Made by a program: the position numbers and the translations under genes. From Porphyromonadaceae bacterium (GTDB lineage: Bacteria; Bacteroidota; Bacteroidia; Bacteroidales; Porphyromonadaceae): DNA of 64,000 bases. The notes under the pieces were generated by a model. The model made no database searches. It saw only the letters and a list, made by a program, of their open reading frames with translations, and was not told the origin of the DNA. Shown one piece after another: positions 38,468 to 48,508 of this stretch; positions within the stretch are counted from its first letter, which is position 1; every line of letters begins with the position of its first letter. Where the stretch lies: the NCBI GenBank assembly GCA_030528555.1, contig JAUMYQ010000003.1, positions 44,717 to 108,716 on the forward strand, written 5' to 3'.

Positions 38468-40039
38468 ATGGCAGATTTTGCGAAACGTAAGGCTTCGAGC
38501 AAGAAGAAAGAAGCCCTTATTGTACCCCTAGATGGACGTATACCGCCGCAGGCAGTGGACTTTGAGGAAGCTGTGTTGGGGGCGATCCTCCTAGAGCGCG
38601 ATGCCTTTGGTCGAGTGAGCGAATTATTGACCTCTGAGTCATTCTATGTGCCAGCTCATCAGCTCATCTACACAGCGATGTCTTCACTTGCCCTCAATCA
38701 GCATCCGATAGATATGATGACGGTGTCAGAAGAGCTGAGACGTACTGAACAATTGGAGCAAGTTGGAGGTGCTGGTTATGTCTCTGGACTAACGATGAAA
38801 GTACTCTCGACTGCGAGCCTCGAGTTTCACGCCTTGGTTCTTTCCAAGAAGGCTCTTAGTCGTAAACTAATCTCTTTTTCTAGTGAGGTCCTCAAGGCTG
38901 CCTATGACGATACAGAGGATGTAGCTGAACAGATGCAGCGAGCTGAGGGACGGCTCTTCGAGATAGCTCAGAATGACAGTTCTAAAGACTTTGTTGAGAT
39001 AAACGCCCTCATCAAAGAGGCGATGAATGAAATTCAGGTTGCAGCTAATAACAAGGAAGGTATTAGTGGTATTACCTCAGGTTTTGCCGCCATCGATGAG
39101 ATGACCTCAGGTTGGCAACGCTCTGATCTCATCATCATAGCTGCTCGCCCTGCTATGGGAAAGACAGCTTTCGTCGTTTCGATGGCGAAGAACATGGCAG
39201 TAGACCATAAGATCCCCGTAGCACTTTTTAATCTCGAAATGAGTGCTGTGCAGCTCTTCAAACGCCTTATCTCCAACGTCTGTGAGATTGATGGACAGAC
39301 AATCAAGAGCGGACGGCTAGATGAGCAGGAATGGAAGCGTCTATATACCAATATTAAACAACTAGACTCCGCTCCTCTCTTTATTAATGATACGCCGAGC
39401 CTTTCGGTCTTTGAGCTACGTACCAAAGCGCGTCGCCTAGTACGCGAACATAATGTACAGATGATCATTATTGACTACTTGCAGTTGATGAATGCTAGTG
39501 GTATGAGCTACGGAAATAGAGAGCAGGAGATTAGTATCATCTCTCGCTCGCTCAAGATGCTAGCCAAAGAGCTACGTATTCCAATCGTGGCACTCTCTCA
39601 GCTCAATCGTGGAGTGGAGCAACGTCAGGGTGATGCTAACAGCAAGCGTCCGCAGCTCTCAGACCTGCGCGAGTCGGGAGCTATTGAGCAAGATGCTGAC
39701 ATAGTTTGCTTCATTCATCGTCCCGAATATTATAAAATAACGGAAGATGAGAAAACAGGAGAATCGCTCAAAGGTGTTTCGGAGTTCATCATTGGTAAAC
39801 ACAGAAATGGTCCTGTTGGTGATGTCCGCCTCAGTTTCAAGAGTGAGTACGCCAAATTTACAGACTATGCTAAGAGTACAACCCGAGTAGCTTTGACCAA
39901 AATAAGAGCCTCTCGGATAGGAGGAGCAGAGCGAACGGAGTTGCCCTCTTCACAAGATCCACTTTCTGTTCCCGACTTTAATGATCCCATGGGGACGATA
40001 CCTGTAGGGAACGAAACGCCCGACTTCTCGGGTTGGTAA
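38468..40039 (+). CDS. dnaB: Replicative DNA helicase
   Basis: AARPAMGKT, LEMS, IDYLQL, LSQLNR, SDLRESGAIEQDAD, KHRNGP. Confidence 0.97.
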   Translation: MADFAKRKASSKKKEALIVPLDGRIPPQAVDFEEAVLGAILLERDAFGRVSELLTSESFYVPAHQLIYTAMSSLALNQHPIDMMTVSEELRRTEQLEQVGGAGYVSGLTMKVLSTASLEFHALVLSKKALSRKLISFSSEVLKAAYDDTEDVAEQMQRAEGRLFEIAQNDSSKDFVEINALIKEAMNEIQVAANNKEGISGITSGFAAIDEMTSGWQRSDLIIIAARPAMGKTAFVVSMAKNMAVDHKIPVALFNLEMSAVQLFKRLISNVCEIDGQTIKSGRLDEQEWKRLYTNIKQLDSAPLFINDTPSLSVFELRTKARRLVREHNVQMIIIDYLQLMNASGMSYGNREQEISIISRSLKMLAKELRIPIVALSQLNRGVEQRQGDANSKRPQLSDLRESGAIEQDADIVCFIHRPEYYKITEDEKTGESLKGVSEFIIGKHRNGPVGDVRLSFKSEYAKFTDYAKSTTRVALTKIRASRIGGAERTELPSSQDPLSVPDFNDPMGTIPVGNETPDFSGW

Positions 40040-40078
40040 TTGATAGTTCGGTTCACGATTGTTGTCAACAAAGATTAT

Positions 40079-41236
40079 ATGATAGATAACGATTACAAGC
40101 TAAGGCACAGCAAAGTACAGGCATTGATGAAGACGCAGAATGTAGATGCTATGCTTGTTGCGAGCAATGTAGGGCTACTATATTTGTATGGGCAGATTTA
40201 CTCGGGCATAGCTTATGTGCCTGCAGAAGGGGAAGTTCAGTTTTTTGTACGTAGGCCACAGAGCCAAGAGATAAGGGAGGGCGTACTCAGCATTCGTAAG
40301 ATAGAGCAAATTGTTGATTTCGTATGCCTGGATAAAGTCAGTCGCTTAGCCTTGGAGCTAGACGAACTTAGCTATACAGATATTCTACGTCAACATAAGC
40401 TTGCCCCACAAGCTGAGCTGCACAACGCTACATACATCCTTCGCGAGGCACGGATGGTGAAAACTCCAGCAGAGATTGAGGCGATCCGCCAAACTGCTGC
40501 GGCACATATGGCAGTCTATCAGCAGATCCCCCAACTCTATAAGTTAGGGATGACGGAGGTTGGCTTCCAAATAGAGATCGAGCGCGCTATGCGCCTCGGA
40601 GGCTCATCGGGCATCTTCCGCACCTTTGGATCGGCTATGGAAATCTATATGGGTAGCTTGCTCTCGGGTGTCAATGCTGCTGAGCCGTCACCCTACGACT
40701 TTGCCTTAGGAGGATCTGGATCGTCTGCTCTACCACTAGGGGCGACCGAGCGCATTATCCAAGAAGGTACAACTGTTATGATCGATATGGCTGGCAACTA
40801 TGGGGTCTATCTATCGGATATGACCCGCACCTACTCGGTGGGCCGCCTTCCCGATGCAGCCTATAGGCTGCACCAGCTAAGCGTTGATATGCACAGAGAC
40901 CTTGTACAGTGGGCTAGGGTCGGGCTGAGCTGCACCGAGATTTACGACCGTGCCATAGCGCAGGTAGAGGCAGCTGGGGCTGCAGACTACTTTATGGGTG
41001 CTAGCCAAAAGGCGCAGTTCGTAGGGCATGGGCTGGGCTTACAGATCAATGAGTTGCCTGTGTTGATGGGCAGGAGTAGGGACGTTCTACTCCCTGGTAT
41101 GGTTATTGCCTATGAGCCTAAGTTCGTCCTTCCCGATGTGGGGGCAGTGGGTGTGGAGAATACCTACCTTGTTACCGAACAAGGGCTAGAGAACCTTACG
41201 CCTCTGTCCGAGGAAATTGTAGACCTACTTGCCTAG
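40079..41236 (+). CDS. M24-family (Xaa-Pro) peptidase
   Basis: RMVKTPAEI, YLSDMTRT, GHGLGL, YEPK, GVENT. Confidence 0.88.
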   Translation: MIDNDYKLRHSKVQALMKTQNVDAMLVASNVGLLYLYGQIYSGIAYVPAEGEVQFFVRRPQSQEIREGVLSIRKIEQIVDFVCLDKVSRLALELDELSYTDILRQHKLAPQAELHNATYILREARMVKTPAEIEAIRQTAAAHMAVYQQIPQLYKLGMTEVGFQIEIERAMRLGGSSGIFRTFGSAMEIYMGSLLSGVNAAEPSPYDFALGGSGSSALPLGATERIIQEGTTVMIDMAGNYGVYLSDMTRTYSVGRLPDAAYRLHQLSVDMHRDLVQWARVGLSCTEIYDRAIAQVEAAGAADYFMGASQKAQFVGHGLGLQINELPVLMGRSRDVLLPGMVIAYEPKFVLPDVGAVGVENTYLVTEQGLENLTPLSEEIVDLLA

Positions 41237-41241
41237 AGGAG

Positions 41242-41703
41242 ATGAATACCGTAGCGATGTATGCAGGGTCGTTCGACCCATTCACTAGAGGGCATGCCGA
41301 CATAGTAAGCCGAGGCTTGCAACTCTTCGACCGAGTGATCATTGCCATTGGGGTCAATGAGAGCAAGCGAAGCCTCTTTAGCCCCGAGCAGCGTCTTCAG
41401 CAGATAGAGCGTTATTATGCCAGAGAGCCTAGAGTGCAGGTCGTGACCTACACGGGGCTGACGGTGTCTTTTGCTCAAGAACATGAGGTTAAGTTCCTCC
41501 TGCGTGGGGTACGCTCCAGCACTGATATGGAGTTTGAGCGCACACTCGCTGACCTCAATAGGCAGATAGCAGGGATGGAAACCGTGCTGTTCCCTGCCTC
41601 GCAGCAGCTCACGCATATTAGCTCTACTGTAGTGCGTGAACTACTGCACTATGGGGGCGATGTAGCGAGCTTCCTGCCCGAGGGCTTTTCACTTGAGGTG
41701 TAG
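41242..41703 (+). CDS. coaD: Pantetheine-phosphate adenylyltransferase
   Basis: YAGSFDPFTRGH, RGVR, ISSTVVRE. Confidence 0.96.
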   Translation: MNTVAMYAGSFDPFTRGHADIVSRGLQLFDRVIIAIGVNESKRSLFSPEQRLQQIERYYAREPRVQVVTYTGLTVSFAQEHEVKFLLRGVRSSTDMEFERTLADLNRQIAGMETVLFPASQQLTHISSTVVRELLHYGGDVASFLPEGFSLEV

Positions 41704-41747
41704 CACAGCCGTTTAGCACACAATGATATAAAACAAAGTACAGGACG

Positions 41748-43115
41748 ATGAGTACACAGAGCTATCAAGTCGTAGTCTTGGGGGCAGGAGAGAGCGGTGT
41801 AGGGGCTGCCCTCCTATACCGTAGTAAGGGGCTATCCGTCTTCGTGTCGGACCTAGGCAAAATTGCTCCAAAGTATAAGCAGGAGCTGGAGGACAACGCC
41901 ATTCCCTACGAGGAAGGCAAGCACAGCGAAGACATCATTTTGGGCAGCCAGGAGGTTGTTAAGTCGCCAGGTATCCCCGACAAAGCCCCTATGGTTAAGC
42001 AAATCAGAGCTAAGGGTATCCCTATCATTTCGGAGATTGAGCTGGCTGGACGATACACCTCGAGCTATATCGTGGGTATCACGGGTAGCAATGGCAAGAC
42101 GACGACGACGATGTGGCTACATCATATCCTTACATTGGCAGGGCTTGAGCCAGCTTTAGCTGGTAACGTAGGTTATAGCCTAGCACGCCATGCCGTAGCT
42201 CCCCCAGCAGAGCAGCCCAAGTACTACGTAGTCGAGCTCAGTAGCTTCCAGCTTGATGGTATGGAGCACTTCCACGTTGATATGGCTCTGCTTATGAATA
42301 TTACCCCAGATCATTTGGAACGATACAACTATAGCTTCGATGAGTATGCCCTCTCGAAGATGCGCATACTTCAAAATCAAACCTCAGATGATGCCTTCAT
42401 CTATTGGGGTGAAGATGAGTTTGTAGCTCGTTATATAGCGGCTCATCAGCCTATGGCGATGCAAACACTCGCCTTCCATACTTACCCACAGGTGGGAGCT
42501 GCTGCCGATAGGTCGGACAACAATACGATGCGTGTACGCCTAGGCGGTCGTCACTTCGAGTTGCCTATCTCGGAGCTTGCGCTACAAGGACCGCATAACC
42601 TACAGAATGCTATGGCTGTGACCATAGCTGCTATGCGCTTGGGGGTGTCGGACCAAGTGCTTCGTGAGGGACTAACGAGCTTCGTCAATGTACCTCATCG
42701 TCTTGAGCGCATCGCTGTCATAGATGGTGTCGCCTACATCAATGACTCAAAAGCAACTAATGTAAGCTCTACGTACTATGCTCTACGTACGATGACTACT
42801 CCTTATGTCCTTATCCTTGGAGGAGTAGACAAGGGAAATGACTACAATTACATTAAACCAATAATTGCAACTGGAGCAAGGGCACTTGTTTTTTTAGGTA
42901 TAGATAATGGTAAGCTTCGAGAGATACTAGGAGACTTGGAGATACCTATTAGGGAGGCTGTATCCATGAAAGACGCGGTTGCTTTGTGTCACGAATTAGC
43001 TGTTCCTGGTGATGTAGTATTGCTCTCTCCAGCTTGTGCTAGCTTTGATTTATTCGACAATTACGAACATCGAGGTAATCTATTTAGAGACGAAGTTTCT
43101 CTACTGAAAGGATAG
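41748..43115 (+). CDS. murD: UDP-N-acetylmuramoyl-L-alanine--D-glutamate ligase
   Basis: GAGESG, SPGI, ITGSNGKTTT, ELSSFQL, NDSKATN, LSPACASFD. Confidence 0.96.
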   Translation: MSTQSYQVVVLGAGESGVGAALLYRSKGLSVFVSDLGKIAPKYKQELEDNAIPYEEGKHSEDIILGSQEVVKSPGIPDKAPMVKQIRAKGIPIISEIELAGRYTSSYIVGITGSNGKTTTTMWLHHILTLAGLEPALAGNVGYSLARHAVAPPAEQPKYYVVELSSFQLDGMEHFHVDMALLMNITPDHLERYNYSFDEYALSKMRILQNQTSDDAFIYWGEDEFVARYIAAHQPMAMQTLAFHTYPQVGAAADRSDNNTMRVRLGGRHFELPISELALQGPHNLQNAMAVTIAAMRLGVSDQVLREGLTSFVNVPHRLERIAVIDGVAYINDSKATNVSSTYYALRTMTTPYVLILGGVDKGNDYNYIKPIIATGARALVFLGIDNGKLREILGDLEIPIREAVSMKDAVALCHELAVPGDVVLLSPACASFDLFDNYEHRGNLFRDEVSLLKG

Positions 43116-43120
43116 AAGAT

Positions 43121-44347
43121 ATGTCTAAGGAGAAGATTTCATTTGGTCAAGTTTGGGGGCTACTGAGAAATAGTTTAGAAGGGCAGTGGCATTTGTGGTT
43201 ACTCTTCATAGTGATGCTATCTACCTCTCTATTAACTATTACGAGCGGAGCAACCGAGGTCTACAAAGCTGGTTCGATGATGCCCATTCTTAAGCATGTC
43301 ATTTTCTTGATTATTTCATTTGCTACTTGCTGGCTTGTAGCTCAATTTCCTTCATCATTCTATAGAGGGCTAGGACTTAAGATTTATAGCCTCTTTTTTT
43401 TCATACTCTTAATCTGGTTGATCATTTATCCTAGGGCTATTAATGATGCTGCACGTTGGGTTGATTTGGGGCTTGTGACAGTACAGCCCTCAGAGTTTTT
43501 TAAGATTTGTCTTATTCTTTGGGGTGCGCTGGTCGGTAGTTTGTCCTATGACTCCAATGTGGAGAAAAGATTATACTTCAATCTATTTTGGATTGTTTCA
43601 TTACTTTGTATTGCTGTCTTTTTGTTTAAAAATGCTTCCACGGGGCTGCTTATGGGGCTATTCCTAGGAGCTTACTCTCTTATTATAAAAATGCCATTTA
43701 GGCTTTGGCGAAATTGGGTAATGGTAGTATCATTTGCTGGCCTAATTTTTGCTGGAACGATAGCCGCTATTCCTAATGACACCTTGAAAAAGTTGCCACT
43801 TATTAATCGTGGAACAGTTTGGAAGACCAGAGTGGCGGACATGTTTAGGGAAGAGACGGAGGATGCCAAGTATGATATTGAGCAGAATACTCAGGAAAAA
43901 CTTGGCCAAGTGGCCTTGGCTCATGGCTCTCTTACGGGGCTAGGCATTGGTAGTAGTAAAACTAGAGACTTCCTGCCCATGGCATATACTGACTATGTAC
44001 TATCTATTATGATTGAAGAGTGGGGGATCATAGCTTATATTTTCCTCGTCTCTTACTATGTTATCTGGTTTATTTTGGCGGGTCGTATCGCTCAGAAGGA
44101 GCGTAATCGTTATCGCAAGCTGCTAGTACTTGGTATAGGTCTTTTCTTTCCGATGCAAGCTCTCGTCAATATTGCCGTAGTTTCTGGGTTATTCGTTACG
44201 GGTCAGACGCTGCCACTCATTAGTTGGGGAGGAACTTCCCTTTTGGTTACGGCCACTGCTATGGGAATGCTCATTAGTATTTCTCGTACACAACAGGAGA
44301 TAGACCGTCTGGAACAGCAAGAGGCCACCCCTCGTATCCTTATGTAA
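43121..44347 (+). CDS. ftsW: SEDS-family peptidoglycan polymerase FtsW
   Basis: RW...QPSEFFK, LPMAYTDY, EEWG, TGQTLPLISWGGTS; between murD and murG. Confidence 0.9.
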   Translation: MSKEKISFGQVWGLLRNSLEGQWHLWLLFIVMLSTSLLTITSGATEVYKAGSMMPILKHVIFLIISFATCWLVAQFPSSFYRGLGLKIYSLFFFILLIWLIIYPRAINDAARWVDLGLVTVQPSEFFKICLILWGALVGSLSYDSNVEKRLYFNLFWIVSLLCIAVFLFKNASTGLLMGLFLGAYSLIIKMPFRLWRNWVMVVSFAGLIFAGTIAAIPNDTLKKLPLINRGTVWKTRVADMFREETEDAKYDIEQNTQEKLGQVALAHGSLTGLGIGSSKTRDFLPMAYTDYVLSIMIEEWGIIAYIFLVSYYVIWFILAGRIAQKERNRYRKLLVLGIGLFFPMQALVNIAVVSGLFVTGQTLPLISWGGTSLLVTATAMGMLISISRTQQEIDRLEQQEATPRILM

Positions 44348-44368
44348 TAACGTAAAAGAAACAAGAGT

Positions 44369-45475
44369 ATGCAGCGTGTAATCATCAGTGGCGGAGGCAC
44401 AGGAGGGCATATCTTCCCAGCTATATCGATAGCCCAGACCCTCAAGAAGCGTTATCCCGAGGTCGAGATCCTCTTCATCGGTGCAGAAGGGCGTATGGAG
44501 ATGACCAAAGTACCCCAAGCTGGTTTCCAGATCAAGGGCTTACCTGTGCGAGGTCTATATCGCAAGCAGATTTGGCGCAACGTGGGTGTGCTGTGGGACT
44601 TCATCAAGAGCCTCACGATGGCTCGGGATATTATCCGTTCATTTCGCCCACAGATCGTCATCGGGGTAGGGGGCTATGCGAGTGCGCCAACGCTCAAAGC
44701 AGCCCAATCCCTCGGTATCAAGACGCTCATTCAGGAGCAAAACTCCTATGCAGGTGTGAGTAATAAGCTGCTCTCTAGGCGTGCCGATAAGATTTGCGTG
44801 GCTTACCCCGATATGGAACGCTTCTTTCCTAAGGATAGAATTGTGCAGACGGGTAACCCAATACGCGCTCAAATAGAGTATATGGGGGACATCGATCGTG
44901 CGGAGGCGCTAACTTACTTTGGCTTCTCTGCCGAGGTGTCTCAGGTAGTCCTTGTCGTGGGTGGTAGCCTTGGTGCAAGGACGATCAACCAAAGCATCGC
45001 AAAGTGCCTAGAGGCTTGGAGTAGCTCGGGCGTAGCACTCATTTGGCAAACAGGCACAAGCTACCAAGAGGAAGCCCAAGCTATACTCAAGGGTTACAAG
45101 GGCGAGCTGTACTGCAAGGCCTTCATTGAGAGGATGGACTTGGCTTATTACCTAGCAGACCTCGTTATTTCTCGTGCAGGGGCTGGATCTATCTCGGAGC
45201 TTTGTCTGCTCGGTAAGCCCTCCATCCTCGTGCCATCGCCCAATGTGGCAGAGGATCATCAGACCAAAAATGCCCTAGCTCTCTCGGAACGTGGCGCAGC
45301 CGTCTTGATCCCCGACCGAGAGGCAGAGGCAAGGCTAACGGATGAAGCCTTAGCCTTGGTATATGATCGGACAAAGCTCGATGAGCTAAGTAAGAATATA
45401 TTGAAGCTGGCGTACCATAAGGCAGCCGATAAGATTGTAGATGAAGTGGTTGCTTTGTCAGGGCAAGGGCAATAA
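44369..45475 (+). CDS. murG: Lipid II GlcNAc transferase
   Basis: GGGTGGHIFPA, GGYAS, EQN, GNPIR, GGSLGA, SRAGA, HQTKNA. Confidence 0.97.
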   Translation: MQRVIISGGGTGGHIFPAISIAQTLKKRYPEVEILFIGAEGRMEMTKVPQAGFQIKGLPVRGLYRKQIWRNVGVLWDFIKSLTMARDIIRSFRPQIVIGVGGYASAPTLKAAQSLGIKTLIQEQNSYAGVSNKLLSRRADKICVAYPDMERFFPKDRIVQTGNPIRAQIEYMGDIDRAEALTYFGFSAEVSQVVLVVGGSLGARTINQSIAKCLEAWSSSGVALIWQTGTSYQEEAQAILKGYKGELYCKAFIERMDLAYYLADLVISRAGAGSISELCLLGKPSILVPSPNVAEDHQTKNALALSERGAAVLIPDREAEARLTDEALALVYDRTKLDELSKNILKLAYHKAADKIVDEVVALSGQGQ

Positions 45476-45533
45476 ATACCTATGCCAGTAAGCAACTGCA
45501 CTACATAACGATATACAAATACAATAGAACTAT

Positions 45534-47165
45534 ATGATTTCAGCTGATGCACTCACCGTAGAGATAGGGGGGAGTCCATTATTTTCGAATATATCTTTTG
45601 TGATTAACCCCAAAGATCGCATTGCGCTGATGGGGAAGAATGGTGCTGGCAAAAGCACGATGCTCAAGATCTTGGCAGGTGTGCGTGAGCCATCTCGAGG
45701 CAAGGTCAATGTACCGAGTGGTGTCAAGGTTGCCTACCTGCCTCAGCACCTGCTGACTGAGGATGGACGCACTGTCTTTGAGGAGACTGAGCAAGCGTTT
45801 GTCCATCTGCACGAGATGGAGGCGCGTATGGCGGAGCTGAATAAGCAGCTAGAAGAGCGTACCGACTACGACAGTGACGAGTATATGGCGATCATCGAGG
45901 AAGTGTCTACACTCGGGGAGAAGTTCTACGCCATCGAAGAGATTAATTACGACAAGGCTATTGAGCGCACCCTGCTGGGGCTAGGCTTCAAGCGGAGCGA
46001 CTTTACACGCCAAACTTCAGAGTTTAGTGGTGGCTGGCGTATGCGTATCGAGCTGGCGAAACTCCTCCTGCGCAAGCCCGATGTCCTGCTTCTCGATGAG
46101 CCTACCAACCACCTTGACATCGAGTCCATTCAGTGGCTCGAAGACTTTCTCGTAGAGAACAATCAGACGCTTGTGGTCATTAGCCACGACCGTGCCTTTG
46201 TCGATAGGATCACGACCCGAACTCTCGAAATCACAATGGGACGCCTCTACGACTACAAGGTAAATTATAGCGAATACCTACGCCTAAGGGCAGAGAGGCG
46301 TGAGCAGCAACAGAAGGCTTACGATGAGCAGCAGAAATTCATTGCTGAGACGACCGAATTTATCGAGCGATTTAAGGGTACTTACTCCAAAACCAGTCAG
46401 GTACAGAGCCGTGTACGTATGCTCGAGAAGCTCGAGCTGATAGAGGTCGATGAGATTGATACCTCGGCTATTCGTCTGCGTTTCCCACCTGCGCCTCGTT
46501 CAGGGACTTATCCTGTGATGATGAGCGATGTGTCTAAATCATTCGGTGACAAAACGATTTTCTCGGGCGTTAATCTAACCATCGAGCGAGGCGACAAAAT
46601 TGCCTTTGTTGGCAAGAATGGCGAGGGTAAGAGTACGCTCGTGCGCTGCATCATGAAGGAGCTGGAGCATGGCGGTGAGCTAAACCTTGGGCATAACGTC
46701 AAGGTAGGGTACTTCGCTCAAAACGAAGCAGCCGTAGTGGACGAGAACTTAACCGTATTCCAAACAATCGACGAGGTAGCCGAAGGAGAGATTAGGACTA
46801 AGATCAAAGACCTCCTCGGGGCGTTTATGTTTGGAGGCGAGGCATCCAATAAGAAAGTTAAGGTACTTAGTGGTGGCGAGCGCACACGCCTTGCCCTGCT
46901 GCGCCTGCTGCTTGAGCCGTACAACCTGCTCATCCTCGACGAGCCTACCAACCACCTTGATATGAAAACTAAGGAGGTACTCAAGCAAGCCCTCCAAGGC
47001 TTTGATGGTACGCTCATCTTGGTGTCGCACGATCGTGACTTCCTTGATGGGCTAGTGTCTAAGGTTTATGAGTTTGGTGGCGGACGTGTCGTGGAGCATT
47101 TGGAGGGTATCTATGAGTTTATGCAGAAGAAAAAGCTGGAGAACCTCAAGGAACTGGAGAAGTAG
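45534..47165 (+). CDS. ABC-F family translation-factor ATPase
   Basis: Two NBDs (GKNGAGKST, GKNGEGKST), FSGGW, LDEPTNHLD twice, no TM segments. Confidence 0.93.
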   Translation: MISADALTVEIGGSPLFSNISFVINPKDRIALMGKNGAGKSTMLKILAGVREPSRGKVNVPSGVKVAYLPQHLLTEDGRTVFEETEQAFVHLHEMEARMAELNKQLEERTDYDSDEYMAIIEEVSTLGEKFYAIEEINYDKAIERTLLGLGFKRSDFTRQTSEFSGGWRMRIELAKLLLRKPDVLLLDEPTNHLDIESIQWLEDFLVENNQTLVVISHDRAFVDRITTRTLEITMGRLYDYKVNYSEYLRLRAERREQQQKAYDEQQKFIAETTEFIERFKGTYSKTSQVQSRVRMLEKLELIEVDEIDTSAIRLRFPPAPRSGTYPVMMSDVSKSFGDKTIFSGVNLTIERGDKIAFVGKNGEGKSTLVRCIMKELEHGGELNLGHNVKVGYFAQNEAAVVDENLTVFQTIDEVAEGEIRTKIKDLLGAFMFGGEASNKKVKVLSGGERTRLALLRLLLEPYNLLILDEPTNHLDMKTKEVLKQALQGFDGTLILVSHDRDFLDGLVSKVYEFGGGRVVEHLEGIYEFMQKKKLENLKELEK

Positions 47166-47170
47166 AGGCG

Positions 47171-47590
47171 ATGGCGGAGGTACGAGTAGACAAATGGCTG
47201 TGGGCGGTGCGCATCTTCAAAACCCGATCGCTCGCTACAGATGCTTGCAAAAAGGGGCGTGTGTCGGTCGGTGGGCAGACCATCAAGCCCTCACGCATAC
47301 TCAAGGTTGGCGAGATAGTCACGGTGCGTAAGCCGCCAGTAGAGTACTCTTTCAAGGTGCTGGCACTCCTTAGTAGTAGAGTAGGGGCGAAGCTCGTACC
47401 CGAATATATGGAGAACGTAACCCCACGGGAGCAGTACGAGCTGCTAGAGCTTCAGCGCATCTCGGGCTTTGTAGACCGAGCCAAAGGACTAGGTCGCCCA
47501 ACCAAGAAAGAGCGGCGTGACTTAGATCAATTCTCCGACAGCCTACCCGAAGGGCTTGACCTATTCGATTGGGACGAAGATTGGGATTAG
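47171..47590 (+). CDS. S4-domain RNA-binding protein (Hsp15/HslR-like)
   Basis: RVDKWLWAVRIFKTRSLA and GRPTKKERR. Confidence 0.9.
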   Translation: MAEVRVDKWLWAVRIFKTRSLATDACKKGRVSVGGQTIKPSRILKVGEIVTVRKPPVEYSFKVLALLSSRVGAKLVPEYMENVTPREQYELLELQRISGFVDRAKGLGRPTKKERRDLDQFSDSLPEGLDLFDWDEDWD

Positions 47591-47610
47591 TGACATAATG
47601 ATAGGAGTAT

Positions 47611-47823
47611 ATGAAGAAAGATATGACCTACACCGAGGCTGCGGATCGCCTAGAGGCGATCGTACGACAGATAGAGCACAATGCCCCTGATGTGGATGAG
47701 CTAACGAAGCTCGTAGGCGAGGCGGTAGAGCTAACGAAGTTTTGTCGCAAGAAGCTCACTGTTGCAGACAAACAGCTGACCGAACTAATGGCACAACTAG
47801 GCAATACCGAGGGCATAGACTAA
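47611..47823 (+). CDS. xseB: Exodeoxyribonuclease VII small subunit
   Basis: TYTEAADRLEAIV...L...CRKKL, 70 aa. Confidence 0.85.
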   Translation: MKKDMTYTEAADRLEAIVRQIEHNAPDVDELTKLVGEAVELTKFCRKKLTVADKQLTELMAQLGNTEGID

Positions 47824-48497
47824 TGACACCAAGATGCGCCATCGTTGTGGCTGGTGGGCAAGGGCTGCGTATGCGCTCTGATGTACCTAAGCAGTTTTTG
47901 CCCCTCCTTGGCAAGCCCGTACTAATGCACACCTTAGAGCGATTTGTTCGCTGTGAGGCGATTGTGCTGGCTCTTCCCAAGACGCAGATAGACTATTGGG
48001 AGGCTCTATGTGCCGAATATCGGTTCACCCTACCTCATCGTGTGGTAGAGGGCGGAGCTACACGCTTCCACTCGGTGCAGAACGCCCTCGCTGCCCTCAG
48101 TGAGTACCCTGAGGGACTTGTGGCGATACACGATGGCGTTCGCCCCCTAGTAGGCGAAGAGATTATAGAGTATGCCTATACGGTAGCCGAGCAGAGTGGG
48201 GCTGCTCTGCCCTATATTGAGGTGGTCGATAGTCTAAGACGCAGGCAATCGGGAGGCAGTACCGAAGCAGTAGTACGCAGTGAGTACATCGCCGTGCAAA
48301 CGCCCCAAACCTTTCGCCTTGAGCGCATCCGAGTGGCTTACGGCCAGCCTTATCGGGAGGCTTTTACCGATGATGCTTCAGTCTACGAAGCGGCAGGGCT
48401 AGGCGAGATTGCCATCGTCGAGGGAGCAGTGGAGAACATCAAGATTACTTCGCCTAAAGATCTCGCACTTGCTGAGTATCTACTCCGACATCGCTAG
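47823..48497 (+). CDS. ispD: 2-C-methyl-D-erythritol 4-phosphate cytidylyltransferase
   Basis: VAGGQGLRM, PKQF, GGATRFHSV, IHDGVRP, QTPQ, TDD, NIKIT; ATG overlaps the xseB stop. Confidence 0.93.
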   Translation: MTPRCAIVVAGGQGLRMRSDVPKQFLPLLGKPVLMHTLERFVRCEAIVLALPKTQIDYWEALCAEYRFTLPHRVVEGGATRFHSVQNALAALSEYPEGLVAIHDGVRPLVGEEIIEYAYTVAEQSGAALPYIEVVDSLRRRQSGGSTEAVVRSEYIAVQTPQTFRLERIRVAYGQPYREAFTDDASVYEAAGLGEIAIVEGAVENIKITSPKDLALAEYLLRHR

Positions 48498-48508
48498 TCG
48501 CCCCGAGC

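Noticed and set aside
38468-40039. Inteins or introns in dnaB, nrdA or V-ATPase A
   Set aside because: Lengths and motif spacing are normal; no splice-junction or homing-endonuclease motifs
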